A stretch of 64,000 bases of DNA, taken from Thermoproteota archaeon. GTDB taxonomy: Archaea; Asgardarchaeota; Njordarchaeia; Njordarchaeales; Panguiarchaeaceae. Positions 56,170 through 64,000 of this stretch are shown here, piece after piece. The position numbers and the translations under genes were made by a program. A model generated the notes under the pieces. The model was given only the letters and a program-made list of their open reading frames with translations, searched no databases and was not told the origin of the DNA. Each line of letters starts with the position of its first letter. The stretch's first letter is position 1. The stretch spans positions 32,001 through 96,000 of the forward strand of contig JANJXX010000003.1 of NCBI GenBank assembly GCA_024720975.1, given 5' to 3'.

Positions 56170-57159
56170 CTAGACTCTCGGTTCCGTGCCTGCAAGTTTT
56201 AGAAAGGCTTCCTCCAATGTTGGGAGCATCCTCTGAACGGATTCTATATTGTATTCCCGGAGAGTGCTGGTTATCTCCGGGATTGCTGTAAAGTAATCTG
56301 TTACCAAAACCCTAATTACTATGTTTCGCTCAGAGACTTCCTTAGATAGAATTCCATTTACGACCGGAAGTTGTTCGAGCTTTTTTATGATATCTTCGAG
56401 GACGCCCTTATCTTCAACTAGTCGTATCTCAACTACCTTCATATTTGCTACTTTCTCTCTTAGCTCCCTGGGAGTTCCTAAGAATATTATTTTACCACGA
56501 TTGATCACAGCCATTCTATCGCAAAGCATTTCAACCTCTTGCATGTTATGAGATGTAAAAAGTATTGTTTTCTTGGCTCTATCAACAAGTTCCCTAAGGA
56601 GCATTCTAACATTCCTTGCACTCTCTACATCAAGACCCAGCGTAGGTTCGTCGAGTATTAGTATATCAGGATTGTGAATTAGCGCTCTTATTAACATGAG
56701 CTTGACGCGCATACCAGTGGAGTAATTCATTACGAGCTTGTGAATATCCTTCTCGAGTCCAAGGAATTTAATCATTGCATTGATCCTACGCTTAGCAACG
56801 TCCTTCGGAACATTTTGCAATCTGGCGAAGAACATCAAGTTGTCATACCCAGAAAGCCGCCAGTATAAAGCCCTACCGCCCGTTTCTCCCATCATCCAGC
56901 CAACTCTTTTTCTCACTTCAACAGGCTCCTTCAGTATTGAAAATCCATCTATCCATGCCTCACCTTCATCCGGAATTAACAATGTTACCAACATTTTTGT
57001 ATAAGTTGTTTTACCAGCTCCATTAGGACCCAACAAACCAAAGAATTCTCCCCGCTTAATTTTCAATGAGATGTGATCCACAGCAACAACTTCTTTTTTC
57101 TTTGACTTAAATATCTTCGTCAAATCTTCTGATACAATCACATAATCCAACACAAACAC
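56170..57159 (-). CDS. ABC exporter ATP-binding subunit (DrrA-like)
   Basis: GPNGAGKTT, YSTGM, ILDEPT.GLD, SH, C-terminal PTLEEAF. Confidence 0.95.
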   Translation of the reverse strand: MFVLDYVIVSEDLTKIFKSKKKEVVAVDHISLKIKRGEFFGLLGPNGAGKTTYTKMLVTLLIPDEGEAWIDGFSILKEPVEVRKRVGWMMGETGGRALYWRLSGYDNLMFFARLQNVPKDVAKRRINAMIKFLGLEKDIHKLVMNYSTGMRVKLMLIRALIHNPDILILDEPTLGLDVESARNVRMLLRELVDRAKKTILFTSHNMQEVEMLCDRMAVINRGKIIFLGTPRELREKVANMKVVEIRLVEDKGVLEDIIKKLEQLPVVNGILSKEVSERNIVIRVLVTDYFTAIPEITSTLREYNIESVQRMLPTLEEAFLKLAGTEPRV

Positions 57160-57495
57160 CTAATAAGACCTTATTCTCTCAACAAGTTCTACTATTTTAG
57201 CGGATTCTTCCAATTTTCTTTGAAGCGTCAATTTCCCTTCATCTGTCAAAAAATAAACACGACGGGCGGGGCCACGATTACTTATCTCCAACTTAGATTT
57301 CACAAGACCCTTCTTCTCCAGGCGTCTGAGTACTACATATACAAGAGCTCTTGATATATCTTGATCCAGGATCTTTTTAAGAGCATCCGTCAATGCATAT
57401 CCGTGAAGGGGCTCTTTTGATAGGATTTTCAATACTGCTAGTGAAACTATACAGGTTTTAAGGTTCTTCCTTTGGTGTTTTTGGCCCCCACCCAG
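57160..57495 (-). CDS. PadR-family transcriptional regulator (probable CTG start)
   Basis: L.IL..EPLHGY, VY.VL.RLE..GLV, GPARRVY.LT..G. The frame is open upstream of the track's TTG 57432 to CTG 57495, which lies 7 nt after AGGTGA. Confidence 0.85.
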   Translation of the reverse strand: MGGGQKHQRKNLKTCIVSLAVLKILSKEPLHGYALTDALKKILDQDISRALVYVVLRRLEKKGLVKSKLEISNRGPARRVYFLTDEGKLTLQRKLEESAKIVELVERIRSY

Positions 57496-57637
57496 TTATA
57501 GTTCACCTAGTAAGCTAGTTAACAAAGTTATCTATGATGAAATTATAAGAAAATCTATATATCGGGAGATTGTTAATGACTCTATTATTCTTATTGATTT
57601 TTGAATGTTTGCTTAATAGTTAGGTAGTCAAGCACTG

Positions 57638-58300
57638 GTGAAATCATTGAGAGCTTACGAGGAAGCTGATCCTAGTCGGTTAAGTTATCTGGTAATGCTT
57701 ACGTTTGATAAATCTGTTGGACAAGATAAGATAGATGAATTCTCTGATTCTCTGCTTAGGAACTTAGGCGGAAGAAAGAGAATCTATAGTAATTTCTGTA
57801 TCATATCCAGCAGAGAGCGAATAACATTTATCTGGCCGGCTCAGAGTCAAACAAATAATGCTGTTGTAATTTCAAGAGCTAATACTATCCTATACAAAAA
57901 GCTCCAGAGGATACTCCTGAAGACATTATTAGGCTTAATTTTCGCTGCCCTAGCCGTAGCTGGTGTTGTAGCGTACTTGCTATGGACTGAATATTTTGAA
58001 TGGTCATTGTTTGAACGTGCGTTCAGAGTGGCTACACGCTTAGCTGTGTACACATTGAGTGCTTTCATAGCGGCATTAGCGCTAACTGAATTGATATCAC
58101 TTGATTTAAATCGTAGGTTCATCCATAAACTGGACTGGCTGAGAAATATTATTTTAAACAACGCAGAGAAAGTGTTTAGTGAAAAAGTTGAGAAAACATC
58201 TGACTTACCAGAACCTCTTCGAGGAACTCTTGCTTGCATTAAAGCACAACAACTACTAGCATGGGGTCAATTGGTAAGAATTAGGCTACCAGGACTCTAA
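57638..58300 (+). CDS. Hypothetical protein with two TM helices
   Basis: 220-aa ORF with two hydrophobic segments (LLGLIFAALAVAGVVAYLLW; LAVYTLSAFIAALAL). Confidence 0.6.
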   Translation: MKSLRAYEEADPSRLSYLVMLTFDKSVGQDKIDEFSDSLLRNLGGRKRIYSNFCIISSRERITFIWPAQSQTNNAVVISRANTILYKKLQRILLKTLLGLIFAALAVAGVVAYLLWTEYFEWSLFERAFRVATRLAVYTLSAFIAALALTELISLDLNRRFIHKLDWLRNIILNNAEKVFSEKVEKTSDLPEPLRGTLACIKAQQLLAWGQLVRIRLPGL

Positions 58301-58351
58301 AATTTTCAATTTTCAGTTGCTCAAAATTAGATAAACGGAAAATGGAAGAAC

Positions 58352-58948
58352 TTAAAGTGATTTTAGAAGAACTTCGAGCTGCACCTTTGCCTTATTAATA
58401 ACATCCATGTAAAGATTATTTCCGTGAGAATCTATCGCGACTATCAGTGGACCAAAATCCCTGACCTTAAATAACCATACAGCTTCCGGCACTCCTAACT
58501 CCTCTAACCAGAAGACGTCCTCTACATCCTCGATTGCCTTGGCTGCAAGCAGAGCTGCACCTCCAACAAATGCACCATAGAAAGCACCGAATTTTCTCAT
58601 TGCCTCCGTTGTTCTTTCAAACATTCCTCCCTTACCTATGACTCCTCTTATTCCTGTCATCTCAATGAACTCTGCTTCCATTATCTCCATCCGTGCAGAG
58701 GTTGTTGGCCCAGCTGCTACAACTTGCCATTTATCACCCACTTTTTTGACAACAGGACCAACATGATATACTAATAGGCCCTGCGGGTCAAATGGTAGTC
58801 TTTCACCCTTCTTTAGTAACTCAAGTATCTTCTTATGAGCAGCATCACGTGCTGCGAATATTTTGCCACTTATGTAAACTATATCTCCGACTTTAAGCTT
58901 TCTAACATCTTCCTCACTTAGTGGGGTTTTAAGATGGTACTCGACCAT
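58352..58948 (-). CDS. Class I fumarate hydratase / tartrate dehydratase, beta subunit
   Basis: L.VGD.VY.SG, ARDAAH, GPTTSARM, IGKGG, LG.PEA, FGPL.VAIDSHG. Start reassigned to ATG 58948. Confidence 0.92.
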   Translation of the reverse strand: MVEYHLKTPLSEEDVRKLKVGDIVYISGKIFAARDAAHKKILELLKKGERLPFDPQGLLVYHVGPVVKKVGDKWQVVAAGPTTSARMEIMEAEFIEMTGIRGVIGKGGMFERTTEAMRKFGAFYGAFVGGAALLAAKAIEDVEDVFWLEELGVPEAVWLFKVRDFGPLIVAIDSHGNNLYMDVINKAKVQLEVLLKSL

Positions 58949-58957
58949 GTTTCTCAC

Positions 58958-59827
58958 CTATTGATAGACCCTTATCTCATCACCAGAAACCTCAACAAAA
59001 GCTTTCCTTAGAGCCCAACAGCTGAAGCATACGCCAGTTAGGAGGGTTGCAGGGTGTCTAGACGCCCACTCTATTCTTGCATTAAATATTGTCCACCTAC
59101 CTCCAAGACCCATAGGCCCTATCCCGAGACTATTTGCCTTATCTACGATTTCGCGCTCGAGTTTAGCTAACTCCTCATTTTTGCTATTCTCGTCCATCCT
59201 CGCTAACAAAGCTTTCTTAGCTAGTTTCATTGCTAGGTCTTCTGTGCCACCTATTCCTATTCCAACGAATGTTGGAGGACATGGCATCGAACCGGCATCA
59301 AACACAGATCTTATGACAGCTTCAACAACACCTTTCAGACCCTTTGCAGGTGGAATTGAATGCAGTTTTGCAACATAGCTTGATCCACCACCTTTAGGTA
59401 GCACTGCTATCCTGAGAGTGTTCCCATCTACATGATCCCACGAGATGTCTGGTATGCCTTGTCCAACATTATTTCCAGTATTTTTCTCAGTTAACACGTC
59501 TATGGCATTGGGTCTTAACGGTATGCTTCTCGTAGCTTCAACTGTCGCATCGATAAGAACTTTTTTAATTTTTGAGGCTCTTATAGGGAAATCATCACCA
59601 ATCTCTACATAATAGCTAAATAGACCAGTATCTTGACAAATTGGTGCCCTCATCTCACGCGCAATACGCACATTCTCGAGAATCGCCTTTAATTGTGCTT
59701 TACCCATTTCTGTTTCAGTTTCATATGCTCTTCTAATCATGTTTTCTACGTCTGGAGGGAGATTACATTCAGCGAGAGTTATCGCCTCAACAACTTTTTT
59801 AAGCAATAAATTGCTCGATATTTCCAA
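58958..59827 (-). CDS. Class I fumarate hydratase / tartrate dehydratase, alpha subunit
   Basis: PICQDTG, PLRPN, NTGNN, PKGGGS, PCPP, GIGG, GIGPMGLGG, RHPA, CW. Confidence 0.92.
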   Translation of the reverse strand: MEISSNLLLKKVVEAITLAECNLPPDVENMIRRAYETETEMGKAQLKAILENVRIAREMRAPICQDTGLFSYYVEIGDDFPIRASKIKKVLIDATVEATRSIPLRPNAIDVLTEKNTGNNVGQGIPDISWDHVDGNTLRIAVLPKGGGSSYVAKLHSIPPAKGLKGVVEAVIRSVFDAGSMPCPPTFVGIGIGGTEDLAMKLAKKALLARMDENSKNEELAKLEREIVDKANSLGIGPMGLGGRWTIFNARIEWASRHPATLLTGVCFSCWALRKAFVEVSGDEIRVYQ

Positions 59828-59962
59828 GATTTTTCACCGGTGGGAGTTTTCAGAAAAGAGGCATAAAAAATCAGGATATATCACACAGTATATATAGATC
59901 TTTCCTTGGCTTTAGAATTACACAGTAAGAATAATAATGATACACTTCGACATTAAGCTATC

Positions 59963-60859
59963 TCATTTTTCTAGACCCGGATCCCATACCCTAATTGTTC
60001 TGTCCTCACCACCACTGACCATCTTTAAGTCGGGGCTCCAGTCAACTGATACTACTTTTCCTGTGTGACCGTGCAGTTCTCTTACTAATTTTCCCTCAAC
60101 ATCCCATACTCTTATTACTCCATCATCACAGCCAGCTGCTATGTATAGCCCGTTTGGAGACCATTTCATAGTCATTATTCCTGCTGGACACCTAAAAGCT
60201 TTCACCGGTTTCCAATCTGGATAGCTCCAAATCCTTATTACTCTGCCTTCACAAGCACTAGCTAGGAGATTGGTTGCAGGATTCCAATGAACTAACTTCA
60301 CTGCTCCCAAATGACCTGATAGTTTCGATAATATTGATCCTTTCTCAACATACCATATAAATAGGTTATTGTCCGCACCACCTGTAGCTATATAAGCTCC
60401 TTCCCTCTTCTCCCAATCTACTGCTAAGACTGGGCCTAGGTGTCCTCTCAGTATTTGCAAACACTCTCCTTTACCTACGTCCCAGATGTTTATTGCCTTA
60501 TCAAATGATGCACTAGCTAATCTTTCTGACCTGTGGTCCCAGCTGAGCGCAGTTATCTTGTCCGTGTGGCCAACGAGCTCAGCTACATTTCTTTGTAACC
60601 TAGTATCATATACAGCTATCCTTAAACCATCCAAGACAAACGCAAACATTGCCGAATTGGGAGCCCAGCTCGCAAGAGTGACTTCACCCTTAACTCCAAT
60701 ATACCTCCTGGGACGTAACGTGTCTGGATCCCACATAATGAATGCCTTATCTTTGGCTGAGCTTAGAAATAGCTTGCCGTCAGGAGACCATGCCACAAAG
60801 TTTATTTGTTCTTTATGCTCCTCAATAACTGCATGGGAGGGTTTATTCAAATTCACCAC
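59963..60859 (-). CDS. Standalone WD40-repeat beta-propeller (~7 blades)
   Basis: Recurrent GH...W.P.....S...D..I.IWD units (GHTDKIT, GHLGPV, GHLGAV, GHTGKV; IMWD, NIWD, RVWD x2). Confidence 0.92.
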   Translation of the reverse strand: MVNLNKPSHAVIEEHKEQINFVAWSPDGKLFLSSAKDKAFIMWDPDTLRPRRYIGVKGEVTLASWAPNSAMFAFVLDGLRIAVYDTRLQRNVAELVGHTDKITALSWDHRSERLASASFDKAINIWDVGKGECLQILRGHLGPVLAVDWEKREGAYIATGGADNNLFIWYVEKGSILSKLSGHLGAVKLVHWNPATNLLASACEGRVIRIWSYPDWKPVKAFRCPAGIMTMKWSPNGLYIAAGCDDGVIRVWDVEGKLVRELHGHTGKVVSVDWSPDLKMVSGGEDRTIRVWDPGLEK

Positions 60860-60932
60860 CTAGGCTACTAAATATTGGTCTGAATTTTGGTTAAATAGGT
60901 TAGTATATGAAACTCTAGAAAGATTTGTATTC

Positions 60933-62828
60933 ATGACAAACCAAAATGCTGTTCAAGCGAGAAATTGTAGTGGTGAAAATGACAGCATGAAACCTCACGA
61001 ACTCTTTCCTTACAGCTTTAGAACTGATCAGAAGAAACTCCTCGAGGATATTTATGATTATGCTAAGATGGGAGCAACTATACTACTTCATGCTCCCGCT
61101 GGTTATGGAAAAACGATAGTTGTTCTCTCAGCACTACTACCAATAGCGCTTGAGGAGGATAAGACTATCATCTGGGCTGTTCGCACGGGGAATGAGACTG
61201 ATCGACCAATCGAAGAGCTTCGTGCCATAATAGAGAAGACCAAATTGCCTATATATGGGATCTCAATACGCGGAAAAAAGGATATGTGTCTTCTAGCAAG
61301 GAAAAAGGGAATACTAGACCATGAAGGAGTGACAGTACTTTGCGATAAGATGAGAAATAAATGTCCATTTTTCTCTGGTCTTAAACTCTTTCGTAGTATT
61401 CCAGACAAACCCCTTACATTTACTGAGTTACTGGATTTTGCAGCGACGAAGAAAGTATGCCCGTATTATTACCAGCTTAGGACGATACCAAATGCAAGAC
61501 TTGTGTCTGTCAACTATAATTATGTCTTCTCACCTTCTGTAAAATGGGCTTTGATGAGTTACGTTGATTTTAAAGACTCAATCCTTGTTGTTGATGAGGC
61601 TCATAATTTACAGCACGTCATGGCGAACGTAAATTCTGATAAAATAACGATTGGAACTGTAGATAGAGCAATAGATGAATTGCGAGGACACGCACCTTCC
61701 CATGTGGAGCTTCTCCAAAAGGTTATGAAACTTAGGGAGATTCTTATTAAAGAGGGGGAAAGCATTCCGACTGAGGATGATGTTTTTGATCCAATTGAAC
61801 TCATAGAAGGAGCTGACATAAATGAGGATGATTTTGAAACTGCGTGGGAAATTGTTGATGAAATTTACGCGCGAAAAATTGCTAAAGGCGTTTCACCCAG
61901 ATCATCCTTGAGACATCTTTTCGATTTCTTAGAGACGGCAATCAAAAATCGGGGAAAGAGAGGAATAGCATTCATAAAATCCAAGGAAAAAAACCAGTAT
62001 GCGTTTGAAGTGTGGGACATGCGCGCATCGGAGGTTCTCAAGCGTGTATGGAGGTTATTTAGTTCGAGGGTATTCATGTCTGGGACTTTAGAACCCCTAG
62101 ACGAATTCGCAGAAGTCGTAGGAGTTTCTTCGTATAGGAAACTGAAAGGTACTTTTCCAATACCAAAGGAGAACGTCCTTGCACTGATTTTGGAGGGAGT
62201 AACTACGCGTGGAGAAGAACTTCCAGATGATATGGTAGATAGGTACGTTGATTGTCTTAAGAGAATTCTGCAGGCAGTTAATGTAAACACTGCCATCTTC
62301 TTCGCAAGCTATCGAATAATGAACAGAATACTTCCCAAGCTATTAGATAAGCTAAGTGCGTCTAACAAATATGTAATAATTGAAAGAGAGGAAATGCGAG
62401 GAGATGAAGCCAAGAGAGCCCTAAGCTTACTACGAGAGAAAAAGAATGTCGCTCTTTTTGCTAGTATCTCCGGGAGATTTGCCGAGGGAGTTGATCTACC
62501 AGGCGAGACCCTAGATGGTATTATTACTGTGGGAATACCATTCGAGAGACTAACAGTAAGGACGATAGTTTACATGGAATATTACAAAGAGCTTTATGGA
62601 GATGAAAAGGGTGTATACTATAGTTACGTTTTGCCAGCCCTTCGGAAGGTTGCACAGTCAATGGGACGTGCTATTCGTTCGCCGAATGATAGAGCTTTTA
62701 TCGTCGCAGCAGATGAGCGATTCTCTGAAAGACGGAATTTTGAGCTCCTACCAGAATTCTTTAGAAAGTACTCTAAAAAAGTAGATATAGATGAAGCATT
62801 AGAGCTTCTGACCTCTTTCCTGTCTTAG
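60933..62828 (+). CDS. xpd: XPD/Rad3-family Fe-S 5'-3' DNA helicase (start possibly ATG 60987)
   Basis: FPYSFR..Q, APAGYGKT, four Fe-S Cys (DMC, VLC, KCP, VCPYY), DEAHN, SGTL, FFASY, EGVD, QSMGRAIR, D.RF. Confidence 0.92.
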   Translation: MTNQNAVQARNCSGENDSMKPHELFPYSFRTDQKKLLEDIYDYAKMGATILLHAPAGYGKTIVVLSALLPIALEEDKTIIWAVRTGNETDRPIEELRAIIEKTKLPIYGISIRGKKDMCLLARKKGILDHEGVTVLCDKMRNKCPFFSGLKLFRSIPDKPLTFTELLDFAATKKVCPYYYQLRTIPNARLVSVNYNYVFSPSVKWALMSYVDFKDSILVVDEAHNLQHVMANVNSDKITIGTVDRAIDELRGHAPSHVELLQKVMKLREILIKEGESIPTEDDVFDPIELIEGADINEDDFETAWEIVDEIYARKIAKGVSPRSSLRHLFDFLETAIKNRGKRGIAFIKSKEKNQYAFEVWDMRASEVLKRVWRLFSSRVFMSGTLEPLDEFAEVVGVSSYRKLKGTFPIPKENVLALILEGVTTRGEELPDDMVDRYVDCLKRILQAVNVNTAIFFASYRIMNRILPKLLDKLSASNKYVIIEREEMRGDEAKRALSLLREKKNVALFASISGRFAEGVDLPGETLDGIITVGIPFERLTVRTIVYMEYYKELYGDEKGVYYSYVLPALRKVAQSMGRAIRSPNDRAFIVAADERFSERRNFELLPEFFRKYSKKVDIDEALELLTSFLS

Positions 62829-62840
62829 AGAGTATCGCCT

Positions 62841-63977
62841 TTAGCCTTGACCCCAGCGGAATATCTTATCTTTGACAGTCTCTCTTATAAGATCAATTAT
62901 CCTATCAGGACGACCCCCTTCTAGTATATTAGGTGACTCGTTAACAATCCCTCTAACTGCAGATATTATCTCATTTGCTAGCGCCTCATCCTTAATTTTC
63001 ACTACATCTCTACCATCAATAAGCTTTATCCAAGGTGGAGTCACTTTCAGGCAAAATTTTCCGGCAACAACCTTAACGGCATCTTGTCTAATCTTAACCA
63101 CAGTTTCTCCCCAAACAAGTTTATATTCTTGAGGACTCGCCACCGCAGTAAGCTTTCCCCTCCTAACACTAATTCCTCTAGGAGAACTCAATACCGAGGA
63201 ACTACCCCAAGATACTTTGACTCTATTGCCCCTCACAGATATAAATACCCAGCCTCTATCAAGATCGCTTATGGCCAATAAAGTTCCTTCGAACGGCTTT
63301 TTAATTTCGTCTATCCTCCCCTCTTGGATCTTTATTGGACCAATTCCGACGTACTCTCCACTCCTGGTATCTATTACCGTTATTGGTCCGACCTTGACAT
63401 AATCCATATCCTCATCAGAGTACACCTTTATGAAGGGCAGCTCTACAATTGAACGTCCATGCCTAGCAAAATGCTTTCTTAGCACTTCCAGCGCCTCCTT
63501 AGCACTGGAGAATAGTTCACCAAAGTATATAACATCTCTCTCTGGCTGCATGCGAAGACTGCCCAGTATTTGTTCATAGACATTCTCATCGGTAATAATA
63601 CAAACTCTGTCGGCCTCACCTCTAAAGTTTCTTCCACTAACATCTACATCATAGGATATCTCTCCAAAGATGAACAATCCTCTAGGAGTCCCATCTATCG
63701 TTAGAGGCATCAGATATGAGTTGCTCTGAACTATGAGTTCTATATTACCAGGCAAAATCAAACTTTGAGTATGCTGGAGACTGTATATGTCGGTTTTTAT
63801 GTTAATCTTCGCCAATCTTGGCGAAATTCCTTCGAATCTTATCAATGCTATGGCGACTATTGCTGCGACAAACAATAGCGCTGTCGCCTGCCAAATTTGC
63901 GACAGGAAGATGCTCCATGTGGGATTGACTAGTTTTAGCAAACCAAGTATGGACGCAATTATACCTACCGCTAACAT
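62841..63977 (-). CDS. Hypothetical membrane-anchored beta-rich protein
   Basis: Two N-terminal TM segments, repeated V.VGPI.V/I hairpins and a run of short beta strands. The true start may lie further upstream. Confidence 0.6.
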   Translation of the reverse strand: MLAVGIIASILGLLKLVNPTWSIFLSQIWQATALLFVAAIVAIALIRFEGISPRLAKINIKTDIYSLQHTQSLILPGNIELIVQSNSYLMPLTIDGTPRGLFIFGEISYDVDVSGRNFRGEADRVCIITDENVYEQILGSLRMQPERDVIYFGELFSSAKEALEVLRKHFARHGRSIVELPFIKVYSDEDMDYVKVGPITVIDTRSGEYVGIGPIKIQEGRIDEIKKPFEGTLLAISDLDRGWVFISVRGNRVKVSWGSSSVLSSPRGISVRRGKLTAVASPQEYKLVWGETVVKIRQDAVKVVAGKFCLKVTPPWIKLIDGRDVVKIKDEALANEIISAVRGIVNESPNILEGGRPDRIIDLIRETVKDKIFRWGQG

Positions 63978-64000
63978 ATACCAGAATGCTGTAATTACTG

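Noticed and set aside
1-64000. CRISPR arrays, rRNA, tRNA, integrases, intact transposases
   Set aside because: No regularly spaced DNA repeats, no GC-rich structural RNA segments and no recombinase/transposase motifs were seen by eye. Short or intron-split tRNAs could be missed without tRNAscan-SE.

Overview
Gene-dense, moderately AT-rich archaeal DNA. GGTG(A) Shine-Dalgarno motifs, frequent TTG/GTG starts, XPD, ADP-forming acetyl-CoA synthetase, a tungsten AOR-family enzyme and a group 3b [NiFe] hydrogenase point to an anaerobic, probably thermophilic peptide fermenter. A standalone WD40 protein, tandem YbjN-like proteins and very large Asp-motif surface proteins suggest an Asgard/Njordarchaeia- or Korarchaeota-like lineage, though this is inference only. 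Main blocks: (1) a soluble fumarate-reductase-like Fe-S/flavoprotein pair directly upstream of a four-gene sulfhydrogenase operon; (2) a ChlI-type AAA+ gene and a VWA gene whose junction looks like a +1 frameshift site; (3) housekeeping and catabolic genes (tldD/pmbA, cutA, acdA, pyrK, hutU, FGase-like, AKR, AOR plus ferredoxin); (4) a ~14 kb two-gene surface locus; (5) rhomboid, DMT-RAM fusion, GT-C-like protein, YbjN pair, AlkP family, ABC-2/PadR operon, split class I fumarase, WD40 and XPD. The surface locus is the most striking candidate for an undescribed system. It encodes a 1686-aa C-anchored Ig-like protein with an apparently dead metalloprotease head and a 2965-aa N-anchored protein of ~18 tandem, alternating LEA_2/DUF3712(Tag1)-like repeats. 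No rRNA, tRNA, CRISPR array or intact transposase was seen. All family assignments come from motif recognition by eye, not from database searches.
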